Shown here: positions 1 to 13,000 of the stretch, piece by piece
Numbering within the stretch: the first letter of the stretch is position 1
Layout of the letters: each line of letters opens with the position of its first letter
NCBI GenBank assembly: GCA_032718475.1
Contig: JAUCBJ010009116.1
Span: forward strand, 62,001 to 126,000
Direction: 5' to 3'
Origin: Nemertoderma westbladi
Lineage: Eukaryota; Animalia; Xenacoelomorpha
DNA: 64,000 nt
Program-made: the position numbers and the translations under genes
Notes under the pieces: generated by a model
What the model was told of the DNA's origin: nothing
The model's database searches: none
The model's input: only the letters and a program-made list of their open reading frames with translations

Positions 1-2296
1 AATGTTTGGGCCTTCTAACAGGTAGTCGTTTAAGCACTTTCCGTCGGTCTTTGCCGATGCGTCGACTACCATCCTTAGTTTACCTTTCTTTGGATCTAAA
101 GCCACGTGCAGTGGCAGGTAATATGTTCTATCCGTGTTCGGCTCGTCGACCGGTAACTCCACGGCCCATCCTTTCTCGACGTACTTCTTAATTGTTCTGT
201 GGATGTACTCATTCTTCTCGGGGCTCCGTTTTAGTGTTTGTTTCAGTTTGCGGAGTCTCGTGAGTACCATCCCCCTATTGTCGGGCAGCGGTATCTTCGG
301 TAGTTTCCATACCATTCCTATAGTATACCGTCCCTCATCGCACGTCATTGATTCCTCCACGCTTTGTAGAGCCTGCTTGTCTTCTACCGAGGTCCCGACC
401 CCGGTTTCTTTCAGTCCCTCGAAATCTTGTCTGAGCAGTCTTTTGAGCTGCTCCTCTGCTCCCTCGTCACCCATTTCCTGCATTGTTCCCGCGAACATGC
501 ATCCTGATGTCTCCGACATCCTAAATGGTATCTTGCTCTTGATTGGACCACTCAGCGTCCACCCGAATGGTGTTAATATGGCCACCGGGTCACTCTGCTT
601 GTCTTCGCCGAAGACCGTTTGCATTCTTTCGTGGGCCGTTGGGCAGTCCATACCTACTATGATGGATACCTTCCTAACGTCCACGTCTGGGATTGAGAAG
701 TCAATGTTGTCCAGGAATTTATACTGCTCGACCTCGATGTTGGTTGGCCGCCTGGCATTGATATTAATTGACTCTATCACTTGAATGGGGTCGATGGTTG
801 CCCCATAGTCGCATCCTGGTGCCACTGCTGCAATTGCGCACCGTCCTGTTCTCATCTCCAGGATCTCATCTTTGCTAGAGATGGTTGTTACCGCCATCCT
901 GCTTGGCCTCGTTCTCAATCCTATCTCCTCGGCCACCCATTCCTCGACTAATGTGAAGGCAGCTCCACTATCAACCAGCATTAGTGTTGTTACTGATCGA
1001 TTGCCTTCCCCGATCACTCGTACTGGTACTACTCCAAGTAGCACCGTTCCTCTCTTCTTCGCCCCTACTGTGCTCGTCGCCATCGTTTGGCCTCTCCTTT
1101 GACCAAATTTCATTGGCTTCTCCTTGCACTCCCTTGCTCTATGTCCACTCATTACACATCGCGAGCAGATTTTATTGCTGAACGCATAATCTATCTGATC
1201 TTGCCTAGGTAGCGCCTGCCAGTACCTGCAGTTCATAGTTTGATGAAGCGCATTTGCGTGTAGCTGACATTTGCTCTTTGGGTCGTAGCCCTCTTTATAC
1301 AGTGCATTGCGTATCGCAGTTGCGTTCGTACCAAAGTCCCTACTATTCTTATTGTTTGGGTTTTGCCTATTGGACGTACTGGGGTTATGTTTATTCGTGT
1401 TATTATTGTTTCCCTGTCCGTTCCATGATGTTGTCTTATCCTCGGCTAGCTGTGGACTTGCAGTCCCCTGCGTCGCTGCATATGGCAATGATTGCCTGAG
1501 TCTCGGTAATGCGTTCGATGTGTTGTGCTCTGGTTTCGGTCTATGGTAGTCTGTCTTCGGTCCCTTTCCCAGGCTGTCTTCGCTATAGACTGGGTCAGTT
1601 ATTAGTTCAGCCTCGTAGTTTAAGAAGTTTGACATTTCTTCTAAACCCGGTTCCGCACCCTTCTTATCTCGAGTGGAGAAGGCGATTTTCCTCCACTTGT
1701 TGCGCAGCCAGTTTGGTAGTGCCTGCGCTATCGTGGTGATGTTGTTGGACGCATTGAGCTCGTACGGCGCGTCTAGCGTCTTCAGCACGATTAGCGCCTT
1801 TTCGACTTTGTTAGCGAACGTCTTAATGCTAACGGGATTATCCTGTAGGCCACCCGATGTTATGCCTCTCAGCGTCTGCCTGATGATCTTGGCCGGGTGC
1901 CCGTATTCCCTATCCAGTGCCCGCCATGCTGTCGTGAAGCCGCCCTCTATTCCTTGATATTGCCTCACGATGTCGTATGCTGGGCCTCCCGTGTACACTT
2001 GCAGATACTTTAGGCACTCCGCCTGCGTCAAGTTCTTTGTTAGTATTTCGTTACTATACATGCGCCGAAACTGTAGATATTCTTCCGGCCTGCTCCCATC
2101 GAATTTGAATGGTTCCACGGGTGGTAACTCGATCCTCGTTTTCAACGCATCGATCAACGTGGCCATCCCCATCGCCTGCGCTTCCAATGGATTCGATGGG
2201 TGCTGCATAGTTTCTCCTGTCTGGTGCGTTCCGTCTGTCCTATTTCTTGACTTTCTCTGACTTGGGTATGTCATCGGGGGTAGCGGCCCCCTCCAT
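1..2296 (-). CDS. BEL gag core-protease-RT polyprotein, partial (appears open to the window edge)
   Basis: The in-register antisense ORFs at 134, 872, 1307, 1673 and 1970 share one codon frame, which implies no frameshift here. ATG at 2296 follows an in-frame stop at 2306-2308. The PVAILTPFGWTLSG and protease DSG motifs are shared with copy 2. Confidence 0.8.
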
Positions 2297-2348
2297 ATGT
2301 CTGTATCACACGACCTATTCTCATCCAAGGGTCTCGTTGTTCTTGCCC

Positions 2349-5300
2349 CTATCGGGGTATATTGTTGATATTGTGATGGGGGAATGTCACCCTGTCCCCC
2401 CCCCCCCCCACCGGTATGTTTGGTACTGGGGTTGATGTTAATATGTTGGGGCCCATACACCTATCCGCAATAATTCCCCCCTCCCCTGGGTATATGTTAT
2501 GTCCCTGCATGCTGTAGTCATACTGCTGTGCTGGTACCGGTATAGGCCTATCAGCTTCTGGCCTACTCGCCGGTATGTATTCCGCGACTTCCGGGTTTAA
2601 TCCCGTTGTCCACGCCATCCTATCGCCTACATTGCCTCTCTCAGTATGGCCTATGGTATGTGCAGTAAGGCCTACAGTATGTCCTACAGTCTGCATGTGT
2701 CGCTCGGGATCGAAGTTTATTCTTCTCGAATAATCCTCCCCGCGGCTACCGTATTCTCGATCGATAGGTGTATTCCGTCGGAAAGTTTCTCTTCGACCCC
2801 CCCCCCCTCTACTGTTCTCGTCTTCGTACCGGTACATCGCGTACCCCTCCATCGGCGCGTAGTGCGCCTCGCCGGGTCGCATCTCTCCGGGGCGACGGCA
2901 ATCTCCCGGAGTCCGACCCCACTGACTCTCCGTTCTCATCTCAACTACCGACGGCTCGCTATCCGTCCTCGCTCTTCTATCGTTCGCGGCGATACCTCTA
3001 CTACTGTCTTCTCTTCTTCTCCTTTCAGTGGAGTGTTCCCGCTCGTGAGATCTCTCGTCGACCTCCCGGTTAAACCCCACTGTTCTTCTTCCCTCTTCTG
3101 ATCGGGCTCGACGCTTCGTCCGCCCTCTTACGACGTCAACCTGTCTCTCTCTGCTCGGTCGCACGCCGCTGGGGATACTCGCAATCCCCCTATTACTTTC
3201 CGTCGCCGGTTGTTGCGGTTTACCTATTTCGGCCCGCGCATTATCCGCTGACGGCTGTGGGACACTCTCTGCCCCCCCCCCTTTCGCCGCTAACTCGCTG
3301 TTGTGGGGTTCTCGTAGCCCCCCCCCCCCCCCCCACTCGCCACATCTAACTTCGCTACTCCTCACCCCGCTACTATATCCCTCTCCAGTCGACACATCAA
3401 CCCTACCGCGGTCGGGTCTATTCACCCCCGCCTCTCCCTCTGCTATTGCGTGGCCTACCAGGCCCTCTACTCCCTGCCTACCAACTATGTGGCCTACCAG
3501 GCCCTCGCTGGGTCTACCTAACCCAGCCACTCCCTGCCTACCAACTACGTGGCCTACCAGGCCCTCGCTGGGTCTACCTAACCCAGCTACTCCCTGCCTA
3601 CCAACTACGTGGCCTACCAGGCCCTCGCCGGGTCTACCTAACCCATCTATTCCCTGCCTACCAACTACGTGGCCTACCAGGCCCTCGCCGGGTCTACCTA
3701 ACCCAGCTATTCCCTGCCTACCAACTACGTGGCCTACCAGGCCCTCGTCTGTCTGGCCATACACGCCCGACGTGTTTACATTAATAGCACCCGTATTGGA
3801 AACGGAATTAATTTGTTCGTTCGAAATAAAATCATTTGAATTATCTTGCGCGACTACACTATCTGAATTATTTTGTAAATTCGGGCTCGCTGAATTATTT
3901 AAGTTATTTGGATTATTTTGTGTTATTGCATTACTTAAATTATTTTGTAAGTTCGAATTTGGGTTATTACTTTGATTAATTGGATTATTTTGCGTAGCTA
4001 CATTAATATTAGAATTATTTTCTACATTAATATTAGGAATGTTCTGATTTAAATTTAAATTACTACCACTAGGTAAAGTATTTCCTGCAATAAAGGTTTG
4101 ATTAGAATTGTCCCATACGGTACTATTAATATTAACCACGTCTACTGTACCATTATCATTATTACCCCCCCCCCCCCCCCCGCCCGTACGGTCACACCAG
4201 TTTTGGGTCTGTCGTGCGGTCCCTGTAAGTGGGGTATTAATAAATGTATCCACGGCCCCCGGCTCCTCAAAAATACTCGAGCCAGCCTCGCTCTCAGACT
4301 CCCCCATCTGCGCCAGTTCCACCTCACGCGTGTGTACAGCTTCATACTCTACGAGTTTGTCTCGCTGTTTCTCCAATTCTTTTCGCTCACGCTCCACTTT
4401 TGCTATTTTATCCATAGCCTCCCGTTCGGTCTGCTTGGCCAATTCCATCTCTCTCCTAATCCCCTCCCTTCGCCTCGCCTCACGCGCTCTACGCTCACTC
4501 TCCTCCCTCGCTTCACGCTCTCTGCGTTCACTTTCCTCCTTCGCTTCACGCTCTCTCGCGTTCAGCTTTTCTCTCTCGCCACACGCTCTTCTTGTTCCTT
4601 CAACTCTATTTCATCATACTCCCTAAGGCTCCTCACGGCCCTTTCGGCCCTCTCTCTTATCTCTCCAATCGACGCCATTTCCCTCTCCAGCAGCACTCTC
4701 CCTTCCTCTAGCCGTCTACCTACTTCTCTATTACCTTGCACTGCTAGATTGAGACGGTACCTAGCGTCTATCTCTCTCACCCGTCTTTCTTTTGCGGAGG
4801 ATGTAGCAGACTTATCGGTTGTGGAGGATTCCCTCCGCCTTCCCGATCTACTAGCTTTCCCCCTCCTCCCGGAACTCCCTCCGACCGACGAGACCGAATC
4901 CGCGGGGTCAGCCTCGGATTCGCCCTCCTCAGGTCTGTTCCAACCCACTAATTTTACTCCCCGGGCATCGACCAAGTATGGCCCTATGTACACTGACGCT
5001 ACGCTAGGTTCCATACTCCCACATTCCCATAGTTCAAACAGTTCGCTGGCAACCCCTTTTGCTCTCTCCTCGGCTAGTTCTCTCTGCCCAAAACGCATTA
5101 GGTAATTAAAGTGTCTATCCGACTCACCTAGTCGTTTCCTCAGTCTCACCTCGTCTATCTCCGCCCCTTCCTTCTTAGCGTCCTTTATTAGTCTTTGGGT
5201 CGCGTTGTAGGCCCGTCGGAGTCGATCAGAAACCCCGACGTCCTCGTCGCCGATCTTTCTTCCGTCTCTCCGGGTCCGACGTCGTACCGGCGGCCCCACC

Positions 5301-5695
5301 GTCGCCGTTCCGGCGGGCCGTCCGTCGCCCTCGGCCTGTGGCTGGCCGGCGACATCGGTACCGATATCTCCTTCGTCTCTCTGCGTCCGGGGCCGCACCG
5401 TCGGCCCCACCGTCGCCGTTTCGGCGGGCCGCTCGTCGCCCTCGGCCTGTGGCTGGCCGGCGACACCGGTGCGTCGACCCCCGTCCCGTGTCGACTCGTC
5501 TCCGTCTCCCTCCGTCTCGCTCTCTCTTTCTCTCGGTTCGACCTCGGGTTCCAGGCCCCCCTCGTCCTGAACTGCCGGATGACCCGTTACCGATGGGTCC
5601 GGCGTTGTGGGCCTGTATCGCCTGGTTGCGGCCTCGCGGATCGTTAGCTCTTCGTCCGGGGTCCGCGTCGGTGTCGTGTCACCTGACCGACTCAT
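2349..5695 (-). CDS. Long low-complexity N-terminal extension of BEL gag (ORFs 4562..5695 and 2349..4448, joined by frameshifts)
   Basis: Starts about 70 nt inside the 5' LTR boundary. Contains an E/R-rich coiled coil, an Asn-rich block and peptide repeats. The frames break near a CT repeat (~4570-4590) and at a long C run (2396-2410). Confidence 0.7.
3448..3750. repeat. 60-bp coding tandem repeat x5 (EGLVGHVVGRQGxAGLGRPx)
   Basis: ccaactacgtggcctaccaggccctcg... recurs at 3481, 3541, 3601, 3661 and 3721. Confidence 0.95.
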
Positions 5696-5763
5696 CTCTC
5701 TTCTGCAGATTTCGGTGGCTAGTGGTTATTGAGTTTATCTAGGGCGGCAGCTGGTTTAGTTAC

Positions 5764-6300
5764 TGTGACGGGATCCAAGAGGGATCCCGGTTTATCCGGT
5801 TTTAGTTCACGCGTCCCCGCCGTGTATAAAGAGTGAATGAGTTCTGATGTTGTTTGTCGTATATAATATGATATGCGGATATAGATATAGATATAGTATT
5901 GTCGTATATGGAAGGCGGGATACGGTAACTAAAGTCCCGGTCCTTCCCTATCTAAAACTATGTAATAACCTAAACTAGCACCGGTATTGCACTGAGATAA
6001 CTGAATTGGTATTATTACTGCCAAGTGGCTATATTGCACGGTTGGCCTTGTTACTCTACCTAATCGATGCCTTTCCCCCCTCTGATTGGTTGATACCCTT
6101 GTTGGCGCCCTTTGGAGTGTTCCCGTTCACTCCACCTATTCTCTCTGGGTTAGGGGTTTGGCCCCTGACCCTCTTTGTGTGCTTCCTTCCCACTCTTATT
6201 GGGATGGCACGAGTTGGTTAATTATCCAATCTCGTGGCTCCCAATATTGCTTATCGGCTTATAACTTTATGGGGTGTTAGCGGGATTGAATAAGCTAACA
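5764..6300 (-). repeat. 5' LTR of BEL copy 1 (537 bp)
   Basis: Reads tgtgacgggatc... to ...gctaaca on the plus strand. Both ends match the LTR at 57028-57618 (tgtgacgggatc; ccaatattgctta...actttatgggg...attgaat). Confidence 0.88.
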
Positions 6301-6803
6301 TTAATGTTGATGGAAACTTGAGAACCATTGACAATAATCAACTAAGGAAGGTTGACGACTTCCAGTACCTTGGATCATGGATAGAGAGTAGCAAAAAGGA
6401 CATAGAAGTTAGGAAAGCAAAGGCTTGGGTAGCTCTATCAAAAATGGATACCATCTGGAAATCAGATCTCTCCAGGCACCTGAAGACTAAGTTCTTTCGA
6501 GCCACAGTGGAAAGTGTATTTTTATACGGGGGTGAGACCTGGACACTGACTAAATCACTTGAACAGCGAATTGATGGTTGCTACACAAGACTACTAAGGG
6601 CAGCCCTAAACATCAGCTGGAGACAACACATGACAAACGCCGAGCTTTATGGTACAATACCGCCTGTATCAACAACCCTCCGTGAACGCAGATTACGATT
6701 CAGTGGGCACTGCTGGCGAAGTAAAGACGAGGTCATACCAGATCTACTTTTCTGGCAACCAACTCATGGAAAGCGTAGTCGTGGACGACCGGCTATAACA
6801 TAA
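6301..6803 (+). mobile_element. RTE-clade LINE fragment (C-terminal RT region), cut at its 5' side by the BEL insertion
   Basis: Motifs KVDDFQYLGSWI, FRATVESVFLYGGETWTLT, RRLRFSGHCWR and RSRGRP are typical of the RTE ORF C-terminus. It abuts the LTR end exactly. Confidence 0.85.
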
Positions 6804-6844
6804 CTTTTTTATTTAATTCGCGCATAAGAACTTATTTTACCTAC

Positions 6845-7054
6845 CTGGATCTCCAAAAGGAACGAAAATAAATCGCGTAATTTCGTCTGATGTTCCGATT
6901 TTGTTCTCGATTATACTGACAGACCGACCGACAGCTGCGGAAATGTCGTCTCTCATACTGCCTGTGGTATCCATGACAACGCACAAAGTGGATCCGTGTC
7001 GCTTTAAACCCAACAGAGTTGAGAATCGCTCGTCTCCAAGGACGACACGTAAAT
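6845..7054 (-). CDS. VWA7: VWA7-like coding exon 7 (start of the VWA domain)
   Basis: ttag|ATTTACGT...GATCCAG|gtag; encodes LCVVMDTTGSM...FVPFGDP; 210 nt, phase 1-1. Confidence 0.9.
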
Positions 7055-10000
7055 CTAACGTGATAATTATCATATTATTAGTAACTAATTAACAAAATGC
7101 TTAAAACTTTGCTGCTTAGTTTTATTGACAAGATAGAGCTATTCATAGATAGGGTATCTTCAACAATAACAAAATCTTACTTTCCTATCATGTATCAATT
7201 TACACTTAAAAGGTGATTAACTTAATAATAATGGTTATAAATTTTTTTATCTATATAAAAACAATAAGTATAAATGAGGATAGTAAAACCGATAGCGGTA
7301 GCAATCACTTCCACTCAATTTAATAACATAAATAATCGTATTCTATTATTAATAATATATTCTAATGAAATTCGTATTCTTACAAACTATGACCCCTCTC
7401 ACTCTCACATTAATAATAAATATAATATATACATATAAATACATTACTAGGTTATTTTTACCTAGTTACTCCCGACTATGTTAGATATTTATTTTGGAAT
7501 AATAGTTATTCTCTTGAGCAACCAGTTTCACGCGTGTGAGGACTTCAGTAACAAGTTGCTCCGTGTGACGGGGGGTGGGTGGGGGTTGTGGGGGGGGGGG
7601 GGGGGGGGGGTGGCCTATGACCAATATTACATTTAATTTAACAAAGCAACAGTCTATCTATCATAGGAATATAGGATACCGGGATACTAAATTAGGTGTG
7701 GCAATAAATAATTATTTATTGGTAAGATTAGTAAAGTAACTGTAATAAATATCGCTTAGTAAGTTACATGTACCTTCCAACAGCAATACAGATGATCTTA
7801 CGGCCAGTTCTGCAGCCAACACGTGTAAATCAAACCTCGGTGATCGTTGTCTGTCTGATGAACATTTATTGATGCCACCAGTGGCAACTACTTTGTCTGT
7901 TTTATCTCTGATTCCGCCGTGGCTGCATTTACCTAGAATGTATATATTTAATTTAGATTTGAGTGTGGATTGTTAATATGCGAATATAAAAAACAATAGT
8001 GATGGTGTATTTAATGCAGACATGTTAGGAGATATGTGGGGCGAGCCATATTTCAGGTGTAGCACACTGTCTATTTGGTTTCATTAGAAAAGCGGTATTT
8101 CTTCTGCCGGCCTGTCGGTTCATCTGTAGAGATGGAGTTGGTAAATGCCCCCCGTGTTTATAGCAAGAACTCACGGCACTAAAATAATCAGCCGTTCCGC
8201 TAGGGGCGCTAAGAACTAACCCTCATCCGTTTTATCTGGAAATTTGGGCTTCTTTATTGGTTGATTATCTTCATCCAGGCTGTTGCTATGGTAACCACTG
8301 GTTAACTTATGTCCAATGACGTTGTCGGAACAGACGTAACCGAGCAACGGTATTTCCTATAGAAGTGATAAGTAAAGAAGAAGAAAAGAAACAGCAGAAG
8401 AAATAAAGTTATTAAATTAAACAAGTTGACTGAAAGATCTTCGAATAATTCCGTATAATTCCATTATGTATAATTTCGTGCAATGAGACTAAGTCAGTAA
8501 ATGTTACAAACCTGACAATTAGAACAAGTTCTATCAGATGGGCCAGCAATGGGTTCTAAGTCTGCCTCAGAACGAGCCAGCTTCTGGTTCAGTAGCTCGC
8601 CGCCGTATAACTCAACCCAATTGGTGTGGGCGTAGAAATCCTGGGCTGTGTGTAACATGTAACCCAATAACACTCGCGCCTAATATAACACAAGTACTAT
8701 AGTAACTAGTAACTATAGTAACTAGTAACTATAACTAATAATACAATATAATATAATATGTAGCAACTATAATAAATACAACTTATCCATATTCAACTGA
8801 TATTCATCAGTGTAACAATTCCAAGTCAACTGTACATGAAACATGATAGTGTTAACGAGCTATTAAACGTCACCAAATAATATCCTCCAAATATGAATCA
8901 CTCTCGTGGGAGTTCTAACCGAAAGCTTATCACCAAAAATATTAATCCTCGTGAGTAATATAAGGTAGTAAAGAGAAGGCAGCTGCTCCCATGTGGAACG
9001 GGTTGTGTTGGACTCAATCAATGAATATATGATTCATGTTGCATTAATTATCAACAACGCTATATATCCTAATAAAATTGATGGGCCACTAAGTTGCAAC
9101 GAAATAATCCATACCTGTCGTATTGGTACAGTAGGTGATGGGTGTCTGACGCAGCCGTAATGGTTAGTTCAGTCCGAAAGGCAAATATCGGTTGATATAT
9201 AGCGGGTAGTGCCGATGCTAACTTAGTTATAACTACCGTAAGTATTTTTGAATTGAAACTATTTTACTGTTAGTATCAGTACCACGGTATTAAAATAAAC
9301 TAATCTCTTATACAACTTTCTACCGGTAACTGTTAGGTATGAAACTGAAACTAACCTTGTGGTAGAGATTACTATCTGTTAGGTATGAAACTGAAACTAA
9401 CCTCGTGGTAGAGATTACTATCTGTTAGGTATGAAACTGAAACTAACCTCGTGGTAGAGATTACTATCTGTTAGGTATGAAACTGAAACTAACCTCGTGG
9501 TAGAGATTACTATCTGTTAGGTATGAAACTGAAACTAACCTCGTGGTAGAGATTACTATCTGTTAGGTATGAAACTGAAACTAACCTCGTGGTAGAGATT
9601 ACTATCTGTTAGGTATGAAACTGAAACTAACCTCGTGGTAGAGATTACTATCTGTCAGGTATGAAACTGAAACTAACCTCGTGGTAGAGATTACTATCTG
9701 TTAGGTATGAAACTGAAACTAACCTTGTGGTAGAGATTACTATCTGTTAGGTATGAAACTGAAACTAACCTCGTGGTAGAGATTACTATCTGTTAGGTAT
9801 GAAACTGAAACTAACCTTGTGGTAGAGATTACTATCTGTTAGGTATGAAACTGAAACTAACCTCGTGGTAGAGATTACTATCTGTCAGGTATGAAACTGA
9901 AACTAACCTCGTGGTAGAGATTACTATCTGTTAGGTATGAAACTGAAACTAACCTCGTGGTAGAGATTACTATCTGTTAGGTATGAAACTGAAACTAACC

Positions 10001-13000
10001 TCATGGTAGAGATTACTATCTGTTAGGTATGAAACTGAAACTAACCTCATGGTAGAGATTACTATCTGTTAGGTATGAAACTGAAACTAACCTCGTGGTA
10101 GAGATTACTATCTGTTAGGTATGAAACTGAAACTAACCTCGTGGTAGAGATTACTATCTGTTAGGTATGAAACTGAAACTAACCTCGTGGTAGAGATTAC
10201 TATCTGTTAGGTATGAAACTGAAACTAACCTCGTGGTAGAGATTACTATCTGTTAGGTATGAAACTGAAACTAACCTCGTGGTAGAGATTACTATCTGTT
10301 AGGTATGAAACTGAAACTAACCTCATGGTAGAGATTACTATCTGTTAGGTATGAAACTGAAACTAACCTCGTGGTAGAGATTACTATCTGTTAGGTATGA
10401 AACTGAAACTAACCTCGTGGTAGAGATTACTATCTGTTAGGTATGAAACTGAAACTAACCTCGTGGTAGAGATTACTATCTGTTAGGTATGAAACTGAAA
10501 CTAACCTCATGGTAGAGATTACTATCTGTTAGGTATGAAACTGAAACTAACCTCGTGGTAGAGATTACTATCTGTTAGGTATGAAACTGAAACTAACCTC
10601 GTGGTAGAGATTACTATCTGTTAGGTATGAAACTGAAACTAACCTCGTGGTAGAGATTACTATCTGTCAGGTATGAAACTGAAACTAACCTCGTGGTAGA
10701 GATTACTATCTGTTAGGTATGAAACTGAAACTAACCTCATGGTAGAGATTACTATCTGTTAGGTATGAAACTGAAACTAACCTCGTGGTAGAGATTACTA
10801 TCTGTTAGGTATGAAACTGAAACTAACCTCGTGGTAGAGATTACTATCTGTTAGGTATGAAACTGAAACTAACCTCGTGGTAGAGATTACTATCTGTTAG
10901 GTATGAAACTGAAACTAACCTCATGGTAGAGATTACTATCTGTTAGGTATGAAACTGAAACTAACCTCGTGGTAGAGATTACTATCTGTTAGGTATGAAA
11001 CTGAAACTAACCTCGTGGTAGAGATTACTATCTGTCAGGTATGAAACTGAAACTAACCTCGTGGTAGAGATTACTATCTGTTAGGTATGAAACTGAAACT
11101 AACCTCATGGTAGAGATTACTATCTGTTAGGTATGAAACTGAAACTAACCTCGTGGTAGAGATTACTATCTGTTAGGTATGAAACTGAAACTAACCTCGT
11201 GGTAGAGATTACTATCTGTTAGGTATGAAACTGAAACTAACCTCATGGTAGAGATTACTATCTGTTAGGTATGAAACTGAAACTAACCTCGTGGTAGAGA
11301 TTACTATCTGTTAGGTATGAAACTGAAACTAACCTCGTGGTAGAGATTACTATCTGTTAGGTATGAAACTGAAACTAACCTCGTGGTAGAGATTACTATC
11401 TGTTAGGTATGAAACTGAAACTAACCTCGTGGTAGAGATTACTATCTGTTAGGTATGAAACTGAAACTAACCTCGTGGTAGAGATTACTATCTGTTAGGT
11501 ATGAAACTGAAACTAACCTCATGGTAGAGATTACTATCTGTTAGGTATGAAACTGAAACTAACCTCGTGGTAGAGATTACTATCTGTTAGGTATGAAACT
11601 GAAACTAACCTCGTGGTAGAGATTACTATCTGTTAGGTATGAAACTGAAACTAACCTCGTGGTAGAGATTACTATCTGTTAGGTATGAAACTGAAACTAA
11701 CCTCATGGTAGAGATTACTATCTGTTAGGTATGAAACTGAAACTAACCTCGTGGTAGAGATTACTATCTGTTAGGTATGAAACTGAAACTAACCTCGTGG
11801 TAGAGATTACTATCTGTTAGGTATGAAACTGAAACTAACCTCGTGGTAGAGATTACTATCTGTCAGGTATGAAACTGAAACTAACCTCGTGGTAGAGATT
11901 ACTATCTGTTAGGTATGAAACTGAAACTAACCTCATGGTAGAGATTACTATCTGTTAGGTATGAAACTGAAACTAACCTCGTGGTAGAGATTACTATCTG
12001 TTAGGTATGAAACTGAAACTAACCTCGTGGTAGAGATTACTATCTGTTAGGTATGAAACTGAAACTAACCTCGTGGTAGAGATTACTATCTGTTAGGTAT
12101 GAAACTGAAACTAACCTCATGGTAGAGATTACTATCTGTTAGGTATGAAACTGAAACTAACCTCGTGGTAGAGATTACTATCTGTTAGGTATGAAACTGA
12201 AACTAACCTCGTGGTAGAGATTACTATCTGTCAGGTATGAAACTGAAACTAACCTCGTGGTAGAGATTACTATCTGTTAGGTATGAAACTGAAACTAACC
12301 TCATGGTAGAGATTACTATCTGTTAGGTATGAAACTGAAACTAACCTCATGGTAGAGATTACTATCTGTTAGGTCTAATATTCGTAGTTTCGACCTCTGA
12401 ATTCCGAGTTGAGCCTCTGATATCCGTTCGGAATCGAAATGTAAATCTGCTCGACTTGCAAACCTGTAAGAATAATTTGTAGTACCGGTACACAGTAGGC
12501 CTAATTATTTACTGTTGTATAGTGATAGCCCGATAGGCCTATTTTTTAAATATATTTTTAAACAAAAAATCGTACAAATCTTTAAAATATGAGGCGGGAT
12601 TGTTGTATAATAAGTGTAACTCGTAGAAACCTATTTTTATACCCAGTAGTGCAGTCTGTGGTGAGATGAACCGTTTATTTATGTTGCAAGCGGAACAAAG
12701 CGAGCAGGTTTTTTTCCCATTGTCAATATCGTATTTGGGAGTACGGGGTCATTTTTTGTGGAATTTTTTTTTTGCTGATTTATTTTTTAAGGGGGTTGAA
12801 ATTGCTACATGGCCCGGTTCGATTCGGAGGTTTTCCATTACTTACTAATTTAGTTCAACTAATAACCTCTTACATTAAATAGACTCTATATTGTTTATTT
12901 GTTAATTTGTTCGTTAATTATTTTTTGAAAGGTGATAATGAATATGAGCTAATTTGAAACGAATTTGTAGATTATTTCACCAAACACAACAGAATATGGA

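Larger units (their letters stand above)
1..6300 (-). mobile_element. BEL/Pao LTR retrotransposon (copy 1), 5' half; runs off the left edge; lies in an intron of the VWA7-like gene
   Basis: The minus strand encodes a gag core (ELPPVEPFKFDG...CLKYLQVYTGGPA), Cys/His knuckles, an aspartic protease (LMLVDSGAAFTLV) and the start of RT. It is collinear with the BEL element at 57028-64000. There is a TG...CA LTR at 5764-6300. Confidence 0.93.

Noticed and set aside
134-5742. Plus-strand ORFs over BEL copy 1 (and 59547-63998 over copy 2)
   Set aside because: They are antisense shadows of the minus-strand gag-pol frame with no recognisable motifs.
7569-7612. Long G run with G-quadruplex potential in a VWA7 intron
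   Set aside because: Homopolymer C/G runs are common throughout this window and their length is unreliable; there is no specific evidence of function.
9330-12374. CRISPR-like regular repeats (also 17711-19995, 31451-31861, 35803-52776)
   Set aside because: The units are contiguous with no unique spacers, there are no cas genes, and the context is eukaryotic with introns.
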